A stretch of DNA of 64,000 nt. It comes from Eledone cirrhosa. Lineage: Eukaryota. The notes beneath the pieces were generated by a model. The model ran no database searches and was not told the origin of the DNA. It saw only the letters and a program-made list of their open reading frames with translations. The translations under genes and the position numbers were made by a program. Positions 12,391 through 24,448 of this stretch are shown piece by piece. The DNA lies in contig OZ024740.1 of NCBI GenBank assembly GCA_964016885.1, forward strand, positions 149,048,001 to 149,112,000, given 5' to 3'. Within the stretch, counting starts at the first letter, position 1. Each line of letters starts with the position of its first letter.

Positions 12391-12578
12391 TTGGCAGTAT
12401 CGGTAGATGGTCGAACACCATGCTTTGACGCATAGGGTTACGGCCCTTGCCATTCTGAGTTAAAATGCCGCCGGGGTTAAATTTGCCTTTCATCCTTACG
12501 GGGTCGATGAAATAAAGTACCAGTAACGCACTGGAATAATTGCTGGCCTTGTGCCAAAAGTAGAAACAATTATTATTT
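12391..12578 (+). mobile_element. tRNA-derived SINE copy
   Basis: Homologous to 8557-8751. Confidence 0.85.
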
Positions 12579-12797
12579 TATTTTATTTATCCTCGCTCAT
12601 TTTTGCTTACTTTACTATCTTGTCTCTCTCACGCCTATCTTAACTACTTCATTTCTATTAGTGTAAAACAGTTGCCTTTAGGTCTGAGTAGATATCGGTA
12701 GGAAAATCGTTAGTGCAAGATATAGCGACTTCACCTCGAAGTATGAACTATTTCTGATGAAGGGCAGTATTTTATCTATTGCTTGCGATTGAGCATA

Positions 12798-12979
12798 ATA
12801 ATTGTTTCTACTTTTGGCACAAGGCCAGCAATTATCCGGGGTATTACTGGTACTTTATTTTATCGACTCCGTAAGGATGAAAGGCAAAGTTAAGCTCTGC
12901 AGGATTTGAACTCAGAATGGCAAGGGCCGTAACTCTACGCGTCAAAGCATGGCATCCGACCCTTTACCGATACTGCCAA
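12798..12979 (-). mobile_element. tRNA-derived SINE copy
   Basis: Reverse complement of the same family; forms an inverted pair with 12391-12578. Confidence 0.85.
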
Positions 12980-13066
12980 TATGCAATCAGCGCTCGTAGA
13001 CTGATTAATTTTTTCTCCTCTAACCTCTACTTTATGCCTAGTCGTTTATTTTCCCTAGTATTATAC

Positions 13067-13104
<38 letters not shown>

Positions 13105-13106
<2 letters not shown>

Positions 13107-13293
13107 CGGAGGAAATGTGGTAAGGAACCAGGTGGACCATAACGCACCAAAGTACTCAATACTTAGGGTAGTAGAGTGGGTAATAGGAACGAGTAGGACC
13201 CCGACGGCTGAGCTCAAGCCGTTTCGACGGCTAATTCTGGACTCAATTAGCCGTCGAGACGGCTTGAGCTCAGCCGTCGGGGTCCTACTCGTT

Positions 13294-13297
<4 letters not shown>
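13105..13297. mobile_element. palindromic (TA)n-associated repeat family P, copy 2
   Basis: Same head; ~55-bp-arm hairpin 13183-13297; (TA)n on both sides. Confidence 0.85.
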
Positions 13298-13352
<55 letters not shown>

Positions 13353-13689
13353 AGAGAGAGAGAGAGAGAGAGAGGGGGGTGATATTGGAAATAGCACTGA
13401 AAATATATTTCAGGGTCTGTTTTTCTTTTTTCCATTTCTTTGATTCGTCAAAGTGGCATTGTTGAAAAAATGAGAGGGACAATTCTTTTTAAAAAAAGAG
13501 TTTTATAATGTATATAAAGTATATAAAGTATTACCGGTTTCGATGTATTAGCAAAATTCATCTTATCAAATGTTGAGTATTACAAGTAAAAAGAATTAAT
13601 AAGGATTAAAAACTAAAAATTAAAGATTTAAAATTAAGTGTTGAGGTAAGTTTTTTCATCTTCCTTGTTGAGAAGGAGACTGTAATAAA

Positions 13690-13926
13690 AGCACTCAGTC
13701 CACACTGTAAAGTGGTTGCGTAGGAGACACGGTTAAAATATCCCAGTCCACACTGTAAATGTGGTTGGTGTTAGGAAGGGTATCCAGCCGTAGAAAACCC
13801 GCCAGAGTCAGTTCCGTACGAGCGAGACACGCCTCCCGACCAATCCCGCATTAAATTGAACAAAACCCTCTAACCCATGCTAACTTGGAAGATGGAGGTT
13901 AAAGGATGATAATGATGATGCTGATG

Positions 13927-13930
<4 letters not shown>
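13690..13930 (+). mobile_element. 3' part of a second SINE/LINE-like repeat with (TGA)n tail
   Basis: Internal duplication CAGTCCACACTGTAAA; ends AACCCATGCTA..TGGAAGATGGAGGTTAAA then (GAT)n; related stub at ~19910-19945. Confidence 0.5.
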
Positions 13931-13982
<52 letters not shown>

Positions 13983-14252
13983 CTTCAAAATATATTTTGA
14001 AGTAATATTAATAACTCCAGAAAACCTCCCAGTTGAGTGCTTCTAATCTATCGTAAAACCTTATTCATTGATTAATCAATGAACCTTGTTAAACTTTTGG
14101 TCATATATATATATATACAGATAAATCCACCAATTAATGGTAGGGTCTAAGCCGTATGAAGAACTCAATGTAATCCTTATGTAGAAGATGTCGTGAAGCA
14201 AAGTTTAAAATACAAAATGTCAACGATATAATTCATTGGAAGCAAAGTCAAA

Positions 14253-14641
14253 ATAATACAAATAGTGAAAACAATGAAATTAAACAAAATACGGGTAATT
14301 CATAGTAAAACTCATTATTTTACGATCGTTTCTGGGGGGTAGTTCTCGATATGTTCATTCTATTAGTGATCTATGTAAAATATATTACAAATTATCAAAG
14401 TAAGAAAATATACATACGTCTTCTCTACCCGCCGTTTCCACAAATAATATTTCTGAAGACGCCGGGTAGAGAAGACGTATGTATATTTTCTTACTTTGGT
14501 AATTTGTAATATATTTTACATAGATCACTAATAAAATGAACATACGGGGAATTACCCCCCAGAAACGATCGTAAAATAATGAGTTTTACTATGAATTAAC
14601 CGTATTTTGTTTAATTTCATTGTTTTTACTATTTGTATTAT
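14253..14641. repeat. long inverted repeat (~180-bp arms) next to (TA)n
   Basis: 14253-14433 is the reverse complement of 14462-14641. Confidence 0.9.
14448..14578 (+). ncRNA. candidate type I hammerhead with ~100-nt stem II insertion
   Basis: TATTT-CTGAAGA (14453) ... GAAAC-gatc-GTA-AAATA (14562-14578); palindromic stem III ACGATCGT. Confidence 0.55.
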
Positions 14642-14668
14642 ATATATATATATACTTGTATATATCAA

Positions 14669-14952
14669 ATAATTGTTTCTACTTTTGGCACAAGGCCAGC
14701 AAATACCCAGTGCATTACTGGTACTTTATTTTATCTGACCGTAAGGATGAAAGATAAAGTTAACCTCGACGGGATTTGAACTCAGACCGTAAAGGGACGT
14801 AATATGCTAGAAAGCATGGCGTCCAACCCTCTACCGATACTGCCAAAATAATTGTTCTACTTTTTGGCACAAGGCCAGCAATTATCCCAGTGTATTACTG
14901 GTACTTTATTTTATCGACCCCGTAAGGATGAAAGACAAATTTAACCTCGGCG
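14669..14952 (-). mobile_element. two head-to-tail SINE copies
   Basis: 14669-14845 near complete; 14848-14952 5'-truncated. Confidence 0.85.
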
Positions 14953-14994
14953 AATGGTAGTTAAGACGGGGTTAGATCACTATAATTGTTTATT

Positions 14995-15045
14995 GCATTA
15001 TATATATTTCTGTTGCATGGTTATTCATGTGACTTCATCAGATGC
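14995..15045 (-). ncRNA. degenerate type I hammerhead candidate
   Basis: Minus strand: GCAT-CTGATGA-agtcaCATGaataacCATGcaaca-GAAA-tatata-TA-ATGC; stem II is imperfect. Confidence 0.4.
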
Positions 15046-15426
15046 TTACGCAATCATTGGTGCAGTTATGCGGTCATTGTGATATGCCGGTAGCCATACA
15101 CATTCATCCAGTGGTGAAGTAGTTCGGTATATGAATTTTCCCTATGTTAGGTTTTAGAAGTTTAAGTATTAGTTTTCTGACTGATTATTGTAGTCTTTAA
15201 ATATTTTCTAGTTTCTGACTGGCCAGTCGCTACTCTCAGCATGTGGTCTATCTTTTCATCCACATTCTTTAGTTTTTTCGTTTTCGGACAGGCGTCGTTA
15301 CGTCTGGTGATATATGCAGTTAGAGTTTGTGTGCGTGTGTTGTGTGTGTGTGTGTAGGTGTGTGTGTGTATGTGCGTGTGTGTGTGTATCTATATATGCT
15401 ACTTAACAATTGTTTGCTCTTAACAG

Positions 15427-15491
15427 GTGCATACCAGATAATCAAAAGACATTCGGCTTAGGTGTCAATCATTTTATACGGCGTTTAGTGG
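15427..15491 (+). CDS. SLCO: OATP/SLCO 65-nt exon
   Basis: AG 15425-15426, GTAAGT at 15492; (R)CIPDNQKTFGLGVNHFIRRLV(G); phases match both neighbouring exons. Confidence 0.92.
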
Positions 15492-15659
15492 GTAAGTATT
15501 TCTTGTGATATATTTTTAAGTATAACGTTGTATGTGTGTATATATGTGTGCGCGTGCGTGTGTGTGTCTGAGTGTGTGTCTCTGCGCGCACGCGTGTGTG
15601 TGTATGTGTGTGTGTAGTCAACTATATACGTTCGCACGTTAAATTGCTCGTCTTTTCAA

Positions 15660-16039
15660 ATAATTGTTTCTACTTTATGCACAAGGACAGCAATTACCCA
15701 ATGCATTCCTGGTACTTTATTTTATCGACCCCGTAAGGATAAAAGGCAAAGTCAACCTCGGCGGGATTGACTTTGCCTTTCATCCTTACATAATGATCGA
15801 ATACCAGCACACTTCAGTAAACAAAGTATAGAGATACGGAAAGCAATTAAAACCTGACATTAGTCGGGTATGGTGGCATGTATGTGAGTCGGCAATATTA
15901 ATGATATGCTGCAAACAACATTTTTATGTTTTCTGTTCAGCTGATTTTTAATAATTGTTTCTACTTTAGGCACAAGGCCAGCAATAACCTAGTGCATTAC
16001 TGGTACTTTATTTTATCGACCCCGTAAGGATGAAAGGCA
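15660..16039 (-). mobile_element. two truncated SINE copies (15660-15790 with a short inverted segment; 15951-16039)
   Basis: Same SINE tail and central domain. Confidence 0.8.
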
Positions 16040-16199
16040 TAATGTTTACTATTAGTTTCCTTTCTCTATTATAGAGTTATTTTGTGTTACGTTTCTTTAA
16101 TGTAGCGATTGTCAAGGGGACACAACTCCGGTTACTTGCTGTTTTATTGTTTCCCCTTAGCTGATATGTTTCCACAATTGTTTAATTGTTTATGCAAGA

Positions 16200-16853
16200 A
16201 TTGTGTTTTCCTGAAATAATTCAGTATCACGGAGCCCTGTTCACGAGTGATGGAAGACAGGAAGCTGAATTAAGTACAAGAATTGCAGGAGCTTGTGCAG
16301 TAATGCGCCAGCTTCAACATTCGGTAATCAGAAGAAAGGAGGTAGGTGTAAAAGCTCAACTCGCTATCTTCAATTCGGTATTCGTGCCAACCCTTAACTA
16401 TGGTAATGAATCTTGGGTAATGACCGAAAGAATACGATCACGAATTGAAGCGACCGAAATGGGGTTCCCCCGAAGTCTCTTTGGCGTAACCTTACCTGAT
16501 AGAATGCATAGCTCGGAGATCAGAGAGTCGCTTCAGGTAGAGCCGCTACTTCGCCGAATTGAGAGATCACAGTTAGAATGTCCCAGGAAAGAATCGCTGG
16601 ACAGATTGTACGGATAAAACTAACCGCCAGGAGACCCAGGGGTAGCCCCCGAGCATATATGGGTGGATAACATCCATGAGCTTGGCTTGTCTCGCTTAAG
16701 GATCCAGCCGGATCAATCGGAAACGATTACTTCTGACAAAACCCACTGGAAGATGTGCTTGGAGATAATGACCCCACAATCCTCCCATGAATAATTAGAG
16801 CCAAGAACAAAGAAGAAGAAGAAGAAGAAGAAGAAGAAGAAGAAGAAGAAGAA
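16200..16853 (+). mobile_element. 3' fragment of an RTE-clade LINE with (GAA)n tail
   Basis: ELSTRIAGACAVMRQL...IFNSVFVPTLNYGNESWVMTERIRSRIEATEMGF matches the RTE post-RT region; (GAA)n at 16812-16853. Confidence 0.8.
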
Positions 16854-18194
16854 CTAATCAAGTGATAAATGTTTTTAACTAAGGCCTTTCAGTTGAAAGC
16901 TACCCTGTTTAGAATGTTTGAATTCATCATAATCATCATCAAATGCCTTTTATGCAAATTATATTTTCATATTTTGAAGGAATTATTACATCCTTGTGTT
17001 AATTTCTAATGTAGTTAATCATTTGCCTGTTCTAGCAAACACAGTTATTTCTACTACGTCCATTCTATTTGCTGCCCAGATGGCTGCAAACTCCAGTTTG
17101 ATATATCAATTACATATTAACTTCATATAATTTATGTACATTAATTTCTATTTCTGTTATTTCCAATTCTAGCACTCAAATATATTGCAATGATGGCAAA
17201 TTTTACACAATGTTTTCAGTCGAAAATAACAATAATTTGTCCCAAACTGCTTAATATGTAGCGTCATTGAGTGTTGAAATCCCAAAGTATTTAATGCCTT
17301 TGGATGAAATTGTACTAGATAGTTGTCTCTCAACCAATATTTCTTCGCAACTATATTATATTTAATTATAAATTCGCTATTTTTATAGACAAACCATACA
17401 GCCTTATCATGCCTTATGTTCCTTCTGAATCAGACCCACTATTTTTGCTGATTAAATGTGCTACATGTTTGCTATTTACTCTACATAATACTATTTTATA
17501 TAATAATACTCTACATAAGAATAATCTACGTAAGAATACTTCTTTACAAAAGAATAATTCACCAGTTATGATATATTTAGCTGTAGTCAGTTCTTAAAGC
17601 ATATTCTTCTACTGCAAAGATAGATTTCGTCAGTTTCCTGCTCTGTCAATTCTATTATATTTTCATCTCTGTCCACTAAGCAAAAATTCTATCCATGTAG
17701 TTTTTCTGCCTGATTTATAATTTTATCTGTATTTTCAAGAGAATTCTTCTGAGTACTTCAAATGTTATATATCTTTCAGTTTTAGTTATATGTTCATTAG
17801 TCGCTTTTAAGTGCATACATCTACTGATCTCACTGTAGAATACTACGATATCGTCATTTTTTTAAGTTATTTAAAATGGAGTGATTATGTCACGCTTTGG
17901 GGTTGAATTACAAAAATCGGGGCAAAATTCCCCGTTAAAAGTTTGTTGTTTGTATGTGTGTATGTGTGTGCGTGTGCGTATGTCTGTGTGTTGTGTGCGT
18001 GTGTACGTGTGTGTGTGGGGGGGGGGGGGGGGGGGGGACATGCAAATGCATGTGTGTGTGAGTGCGTATCGCTTGTGTAAAACTTGAGGAGTGTGTAAAT
18101 ATATATAGCCGAGTAAATGTATATATGTATATGGGAGCATTCAGGTGTATGTTGAATAACATTTCGTATTTGTGTTTTTCATATATTTATTCAG

Positions 18195-18478
18195 GTTCTT
18201 TACCAGGTCCTTTGCTATTCGGAAAAGCACTAGACCAATCCTGTCGAATATGGAAGCACGACAAAAACAATGACTCATCCTGTTGGCTATATAATTCCTT
18301 TGACCTATCCTTCAATTTTTTCCTCCTTTTTATCATTCTTCGAATTTTATCAATATCATTTTTAGTTTTTGCCAGTTGCCTTTACAAACCACCAAGTAAC
18401 ATAAATACCTTAAACCGCCATCATAAAGCTTACGACAATCCAATTGTTAGCCAGCAAGATGAAGTAACTGCACTATGA
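18195..18478 (+). CDS. SLCO: OATP/SLCO terminal coding exon
   Basis: AG 18193-18194; GSLPGPLLFGKALDQSCRIW...SCWLYN is the conserved OATP C-terminal motif; TGA 18476-18478. Confidence 0.93.
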
Positions 18479-18536
18479 AATTACTTATTACATCAACAAA
18501 AGTCTGTTAATCAAGAAATAATAGTAGAAAAGCGGG

Positions 18537-18542
18537 AATAAA
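18537..18542 (+). promoter_or_regulatory. candidate polyadenylation signal of the SLCO gene
   Basis: AATAAA ~60 nt after the stop codon; such hexamers are common by chance in AT-rich DNA. Confidence 0.3.
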
Positions 18543-21144
18543 AGATATGAATATTTTGTATTGAAACATCTCTTACCATTAAACTACATTAGATTTTTGA
18601 CATTTGTTCAGAGTTCATTTTTTAAATTATATAATTTCAATATGAAATTTATGATATTTGTAGTCATTGTTCTATTTTTGTTTGTTTGTTATTTTATTTA
18701 TTTATTTTAATGGCTTAGTCAGAGGAGGGAAGGTTGGAGCCATGGCATTTTTCAGGCTTCCGAGACTAGTGTGAGGAAATGACAGAAGGAGTTAGCATCA
18801 GACTGAATTCTGTTAAAAACACCAAAGGGCCAGGAGGTAGTGTTAAACCGATCGATTAACTGTATTACACACAAATCCAATGTTTCGAATACTCAAACTG
18901 CAATGAATTATAGTTATTCGAATGAGAAAACTCCATTGAACGTGAGAGAAAACGCAATTAAAAGATAACACCATAGGAAAAGATATAACAACATTAAATT
19001 TGACGGACTGATAAATTGAAATTACAAAAATGAACGTTTCGAATTTAACCATTAGATGGAAAACTACTGAACGAGATCACATGTAAAATCACATTATAAA
19101 CCTCATAATAATGAATAGGAATAGAGAAAGTCTATTATATTGACCCAATGATTTGATTGGTACCGTGTTTATCGACCTTAGAAAGATGATTCGCAAAGTT
19201 GACCTCAGCGAGATTTGAACTGAGAACGTAAATAGATGGAACATTTACCAACGCTCAAACAACTCTGTCTATCCACGACCAAATATTATTCATATTGAAG
19301 ACTGAAAAAAAGTAATGATTGGATGTATAATGATTACAATAATTTGCTTGATCAGACGGAATAGAAGAGACAACATATCCCCTGACCACGACATGAAGAA
19401 GATTACTGACAGATTTAAATCTGAAACTAATGCATTTTACTTGTTCAATGCCTTCTTTGAATATGAAAGAATAATCACAAATACAGACTGAATTTCGGTA
19501 ATAAAGTAGTGTATATAGATCATTGCTGGAGGATACATTAATGATGATAGAAAGGCAATTCTCCAAGTAATATATAGAATATGAATTCTATAAAAAAATG
19601 ACTCGGGGTATTTTTATGTTTCTGAACATCTAGAAAGATAACGAAGTAACATTAACGTAGTGATTCATAAAATATCAGGTTTAAATACTTGTAGATTTGT
19701 TACTGAGTGGAAATATTGGTAGAAACAGTGCTTTAGTTGAGAGGATGATGAAATGAAAGAAGACTTTAATGATTGGTCAAGAAGTTACTATGGATTAGCC
19801 CCAAAGTCCATACGATTTCAACATCCATTATTAAATATGTTCCAGTTATGACAAACCAACTAATATGCAGCCATTAATTGCAAACAAATATAATTTGGTA
19901 GAATGTACTACCCAGCTAGCGTGGAAAATGGACGTTAAACGATGTTGTACACTGTTTTTCTAAGGGTTTTAGTGACACATGCACACGCGTGTAGACAAAA
20001 AGATACTCTCGGCCCACCCAATTCTATTTAGGAAATCATCGGGGATGTGGTAATTGAAAAAAGAGAAGTCTGCTACTGCACTAGGCCGGTACTTTAATTA
20101 TCGACCCTGGAAGGCTGAAATACAAAATGACGTCGGCGGGATTTAAACATACTAGCAGAAAAACTAAACTTCGGGTGGTTTTCTGCTAGTATGTGTAGTG
20201 TGCATATTGATATTATACGCAAGTATACATGCATGTCGATATGATACATCAAATAAAATCGTAATTGACAATATACACAGAAATTGAACGAAGACTGCGT
20301 TACACTGTCTTATGTAATCAGTAACATAATCCATGATACATTAAAAAAAGACGACATTATATATAAATTGCATTAGGAGAAAATTAGTGACGGAAATATA
20401 TGAATGTTTATTTAAGCGATCGCTCACCGGAAGTGTTGACATTTGAAAATGTTAAAGAAGTGAATCTTTAAATAAGTAATAAAATATATTTAATGAACAG
20501 CCACGAAATCTAGTAGATAAATTATGTAATATTCATTCATTATTTATTCAAAGTAATCCAACTTATTTTACAAACGGGATAAAAAAAATATATTCTGGAT
20601 GCAGTCCCGCACTCCTCCCTTTATTATAGTTTAGATATATCCAACGTTCTACGCACTATCTAGGACTACATAACTCAACATTTTAAAAGACGGTAATGCG
20701 TAACCACGAATGCTACCTCTCACTAGATCGTGCCGAGGAAGTGATATGAGTAGAGCCAAAATCAACGAATAGTTTGGAGCATTCACACTAGTGTTAATAA
20801 TATTCTGTTTTACATTTACTTCAATTTAAGTGAGTGTATCCCATAAATAATAAGCTTCCTATAACTATGCGCATATTATTTCTTACATTTAATGATGTCT
20901 ACTGGTGTTTAATTAAGATTCTGAAAGTGTGCCGCGAGAGATTTAAAAATACAATATTACAAACTAGGCAGTATTTACTTGATTTCTCTATGAAAGAATA
21001 AAATGGTCAGTTCATATCACATAATTTGAAACAAGGTTTGGTATTTATGGAGCATTTACACACACAAATGCATACATACATATACACACGTACACACACA
21101 AACACAGACACATACATATATATATAGAGAGAGATATAGATATA

Positions 21145-21195
21145 TTTCTTTATTTGCCACAAGGGCGCACAAGAAAAGGGGACAATACAAAGACA
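21145..21195 (-). mobile_element. 3' terminal stub related to the Tx1-like family
   Basis: TTTCTTTATTTGCCACAAGGG...GGACAATACA resembles the 3' end at 27723-27785. Confidence 0.5.
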
Positions 21196-21232
21196 CAAGC
21201 AGATAGATAGATAGATGGATAATTCTATAGAA

Positions 21233-21337
<105 letters not shown>

Positions 21338-21365
21338 TAGCTTCGAGCATAGCTGTATATAGATA

Positions 21366-21826
21366 TGTATTGGAATTTCGTATTTCTTTAGAAATACGGT
21401 ACGTTGATAAATACACATTTAGAAAGCTGTAGCCATGCAAAAACACCAGCGGCTATCGCCACCTGGCGGTATCCACCAGAAGCAAGGAGAGCAATCGTTG
21501 ATGCGCATGTCGAACTGAACTGGTTCTCGTCAGTACGTTCCCTCCCACTTTTACAAATGATGGACTTATACAGCTTCCTATGCAAATGAGATTAATCATC
21601 TCATTTACACAGACGAGAAAACTATATATTCCCGCCTGTCTTCAAAGTCCAGCAGTCGCAAGCGGTGGGAAGGACCGTCCTGGCGAGAACCGGTTCAGTT
21701 CGAAATGCGCATCGACGATTGTCTCCATTGCTTCTGATGTCACTGATGTTTTTGTATAGCTCCTGCTTACTAAATGCTTATTTATAAACATACCGTATTT
21801 CTTTAGAAATACAATATTCCAATACA
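21366..21826. mobile_element. MITE-like element with ~200-bp imperfect terminal inverted repeats
   Basis: TGTATTGGAAT...ATTCCAATACA termini; 21366-21566 is inverted relative to 21646-21826; no credible ORF. Confidence 0.7.
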
Positions 21827-21877
21827 CCCACCCACACACATATATATATATATATATATATAGGTGTGTGATGTGTG

Positions 21878-21961
<84 letters not shown>

Positions 21962-22052
21962 TTTCTATAGAACAAGAACCGTTTCATTCATTTGAAATCA
22001 TCATAAATTCGGTCAATTTCACTATTAATATATTTCTTTGGGAAGCGAAACA

Positions 22053-22102
<50 letters not shown>

Positions 22103-22104
<2 letters not shown>

Positions 22105-22460
22105 GATTGAGCAAGTATAAGGACCTGGAGATAGAAATTGGAAAAATGTGGAAATTGAGAACTAAAACAATACCAGTGGTTGTAGGCGGTCTGGGAATGA
22201 TACCTAAGGGGTCTAATGATTACTTATCGCAAATCCCAGGAAACCCGCGTATAGGAGTAATACAAAAGATAGTACTAATGTGAACTGCCCATATACTAAG
22301 GAAGATTCTGTCAATATAAGTACATCACAAGTCTAAACACTAAAGATGCATGTGTGAATATGTATGTTCTTTCTTGAACATGGCGGATCTTGTTGTCTCT
22401 TGAGGTCACTGGTTGTGACTTGGTGATAACTCGTATGAACATAAAGCAAGATAAATGCAA
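22103..22460 (+). mobile_element. R4/Dong-like family B, 3' fragment (B2)
   Basis: Near-identical to 37167-37519; (AAT)n on both sides. Confidence 0.92.
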
Positions 22461-22483
22461 CTATAATAATAATAATAATAATA

Positions 22484-22943
22484 CAGAGGCGGTGATAGAA
22501 AACGATCAGGTGAAGGTGCTGTGGGATTTTAGGATACAGGATGACAAGAAACTGGAACACAATAGACCTGACCTGGTGGTTGTGGACAAAGAAAAAAGAT
22601 CGTGCCTGATTGTGGATGTGGCCTGCCCATTCGACACGAGAGTGCAAGAGAAGGAGAGGGAGAAAATTAACCGATACCAGGACTTAAAGTGGGAGGTAAA
22701 AAGGATTTGGAACGGCCATGAAGTCAAAGTGATCCCGATTGTCATAGGCGCACTAGGGACTATCTCAAAAAGTTTCCAGGGATGGTTAAAGAAAATTGGC
22801 CCCTTCACGCTTTTTGGAACGCTTCAAAAGGCATGCTTGCTGAGAACAGCAAGAACCCTCCGATACGTCCTGAATATCTGTGGCTTGATATTCATTTCAA
22901 CAAACTTTCCAGTTAACTAACATCAATGACTGAGAATCAAAGA
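22484..22943 (+). mobile_element. R4/Dong-like family A, 5'-truncated copy A1 (~0.46 kb)
   Basis: RLE domain LWDF..RPDLVVVD...IVDVACPFD...K; same 3' UTR as the other A copies; (AAT)n flanks. Confidence 0.92.
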
Positions 22944-22954
22944 GTAATAACAAC

Positions 22955-23010
<56 letters not shown>

Positions 23011-23012
<2 letters not shown>

Positions 23013-24415
23013 GTGAAGTCATTGTGATGAAGAGGGGTAGGTTGAGCAGAAGTAACGGGATCCAGATACCAACAGGTGAGATGATAAAGGAAATTGACTC
23101 TGAGGAAGGATACAAGTATTTGGGCGTTCTGGAGGCTGATGGCATAAAGAACAAAAAAATGAAGGAATTGTTAAGAACTGAATACATTCGAAGAGTAAGG
23201 AGCGTATTGAAGTCACATCTGAACAGCAGAAATGCCATAAGCGCAGTAAATTCCCGAGCTGTGTCTATTATTAGGTACAGTGCGGGAATTCTGAGATGGA
23301 ATGTTGCTGAACAAAAAGAAATGGATAGGAAGACTAGGAAGCTATTGACTATCTACAACATGTTCCACAAGAGGAGTGATGTCGATAGACTCTACCTAAG
23401 GAGATCTGAGGGTGGAAGAGGTCTTATCAGCATAGAGGACTGTGTTCAGATGGAGAAAAACAACCTATACAAATACGTGACCTATAGTAAGGAGCCAATG
23501 CTCAGAACTGTACTGAAGGAGGGGACAGTAGGCCAGGGGATGTCCAAGGAGGAAATAACATCAAGGAGGAAGAGCAGCCTTAAGGGAAAATCCCTTCATA
23601 GTACCTTCTTTGAGAAAACTGAATTTAGAGATCCACAGACATGGAACTGGTTGAGAAGAGGAGACCTCAAAAAGGCTACAGAAGGAATGCTAATGGCTGC
23701 GCAGGAGCAGGCCCTCAAAACGAAGTGGTTGAAGCACCATATCTACAAGGAGGAGGCTAGCCCACTGTGCAGGATCTGTGGAGAGAGAGAGGAGACTGTG
23801 GCTCACATTGTGTCCGAGTGTAAACACCTAGCCCAGACCCACTATAAGGGCTGGAGACACGATGTGATGGGCAGGGTGATCCACTGGCACCTGTGCAAAG
23901 TAAACAATCTACCACATTCTGAGAAATGGTATGAGCATAGGCCAGAGGCGGTGATGGAGAACAGTCAGGTGAAGGTACTGTGGGATTTTAGGATACAGAC
24001 GGACAAAAAACTGGAACACAATAGACCTGACCTGGTGGTTATGGACAAAGAAAAAAGATCGTGCCTGATTGTGGATGTGGCCTGCCCGTTCGACACGAGA
24101 GTGCAAGAGAAGGAGAGGGAGAAAATTAACCGATACCAGGACCTAAAGTGGGAGGTGAAAAGGATTTGGAACTGCCATGAAGTCAAAGTGATCCCGATTG
24201 TCATAGGCGCACTGGGGACTATCTCCAAAGGTTTCCAGGGATGGTTAAAGAAAATCGGCCCCTTCACGCTTTTTGGAACGCTTCAAAAGGCATGGTTGCT
24301 TGGAACAGCAAGAACCCTCCGATACGTCCTGAATATCTGAGGCTGCAGGTAGTGGCTTGATATTCAATCCAACGGACTTTCCAGTTAACCAACATCAATG
24401 ACTGAGATTCAAGGA
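23011..24415 (+). mobile_element. R4/Dong-like family A, 5'-truncated copy A2 (~1.4 kb)
   Basis: Open 438-aa frame: YKYLG thumb region, CRICGEREETVAHIVSEC CCHC finger, RHD, PD..D..K endonuclease; (AAT)n flanks. Confidence 0.95.
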
Positions 24416-24448
24416 ATAACAATAACAATAATAATAATAATAATAATA

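Noticed and set aside
12750-12775. Isolated CTGATGA boxes (also ~5788) and CTGACGA at ~42748
   Set aside because: No downstream GAAA/NUH with closing stems could be found; at most truncated remnants.
15060-15320. Penelope GIY-YIG C-terminal coding remnant upstream of the 14995 hammerhead candidate
   Set aside because: Only a weak LKLLKPN-like hint on the minus strand; too decayed to support without a profile search.
20148-20193. Short perfect hairpin CATACTAGCAGAAAAAC...GTTTTTCTGCTAGTATG
   Set aside because: Single copy adjoining a decayed SINE; no evidence of function.
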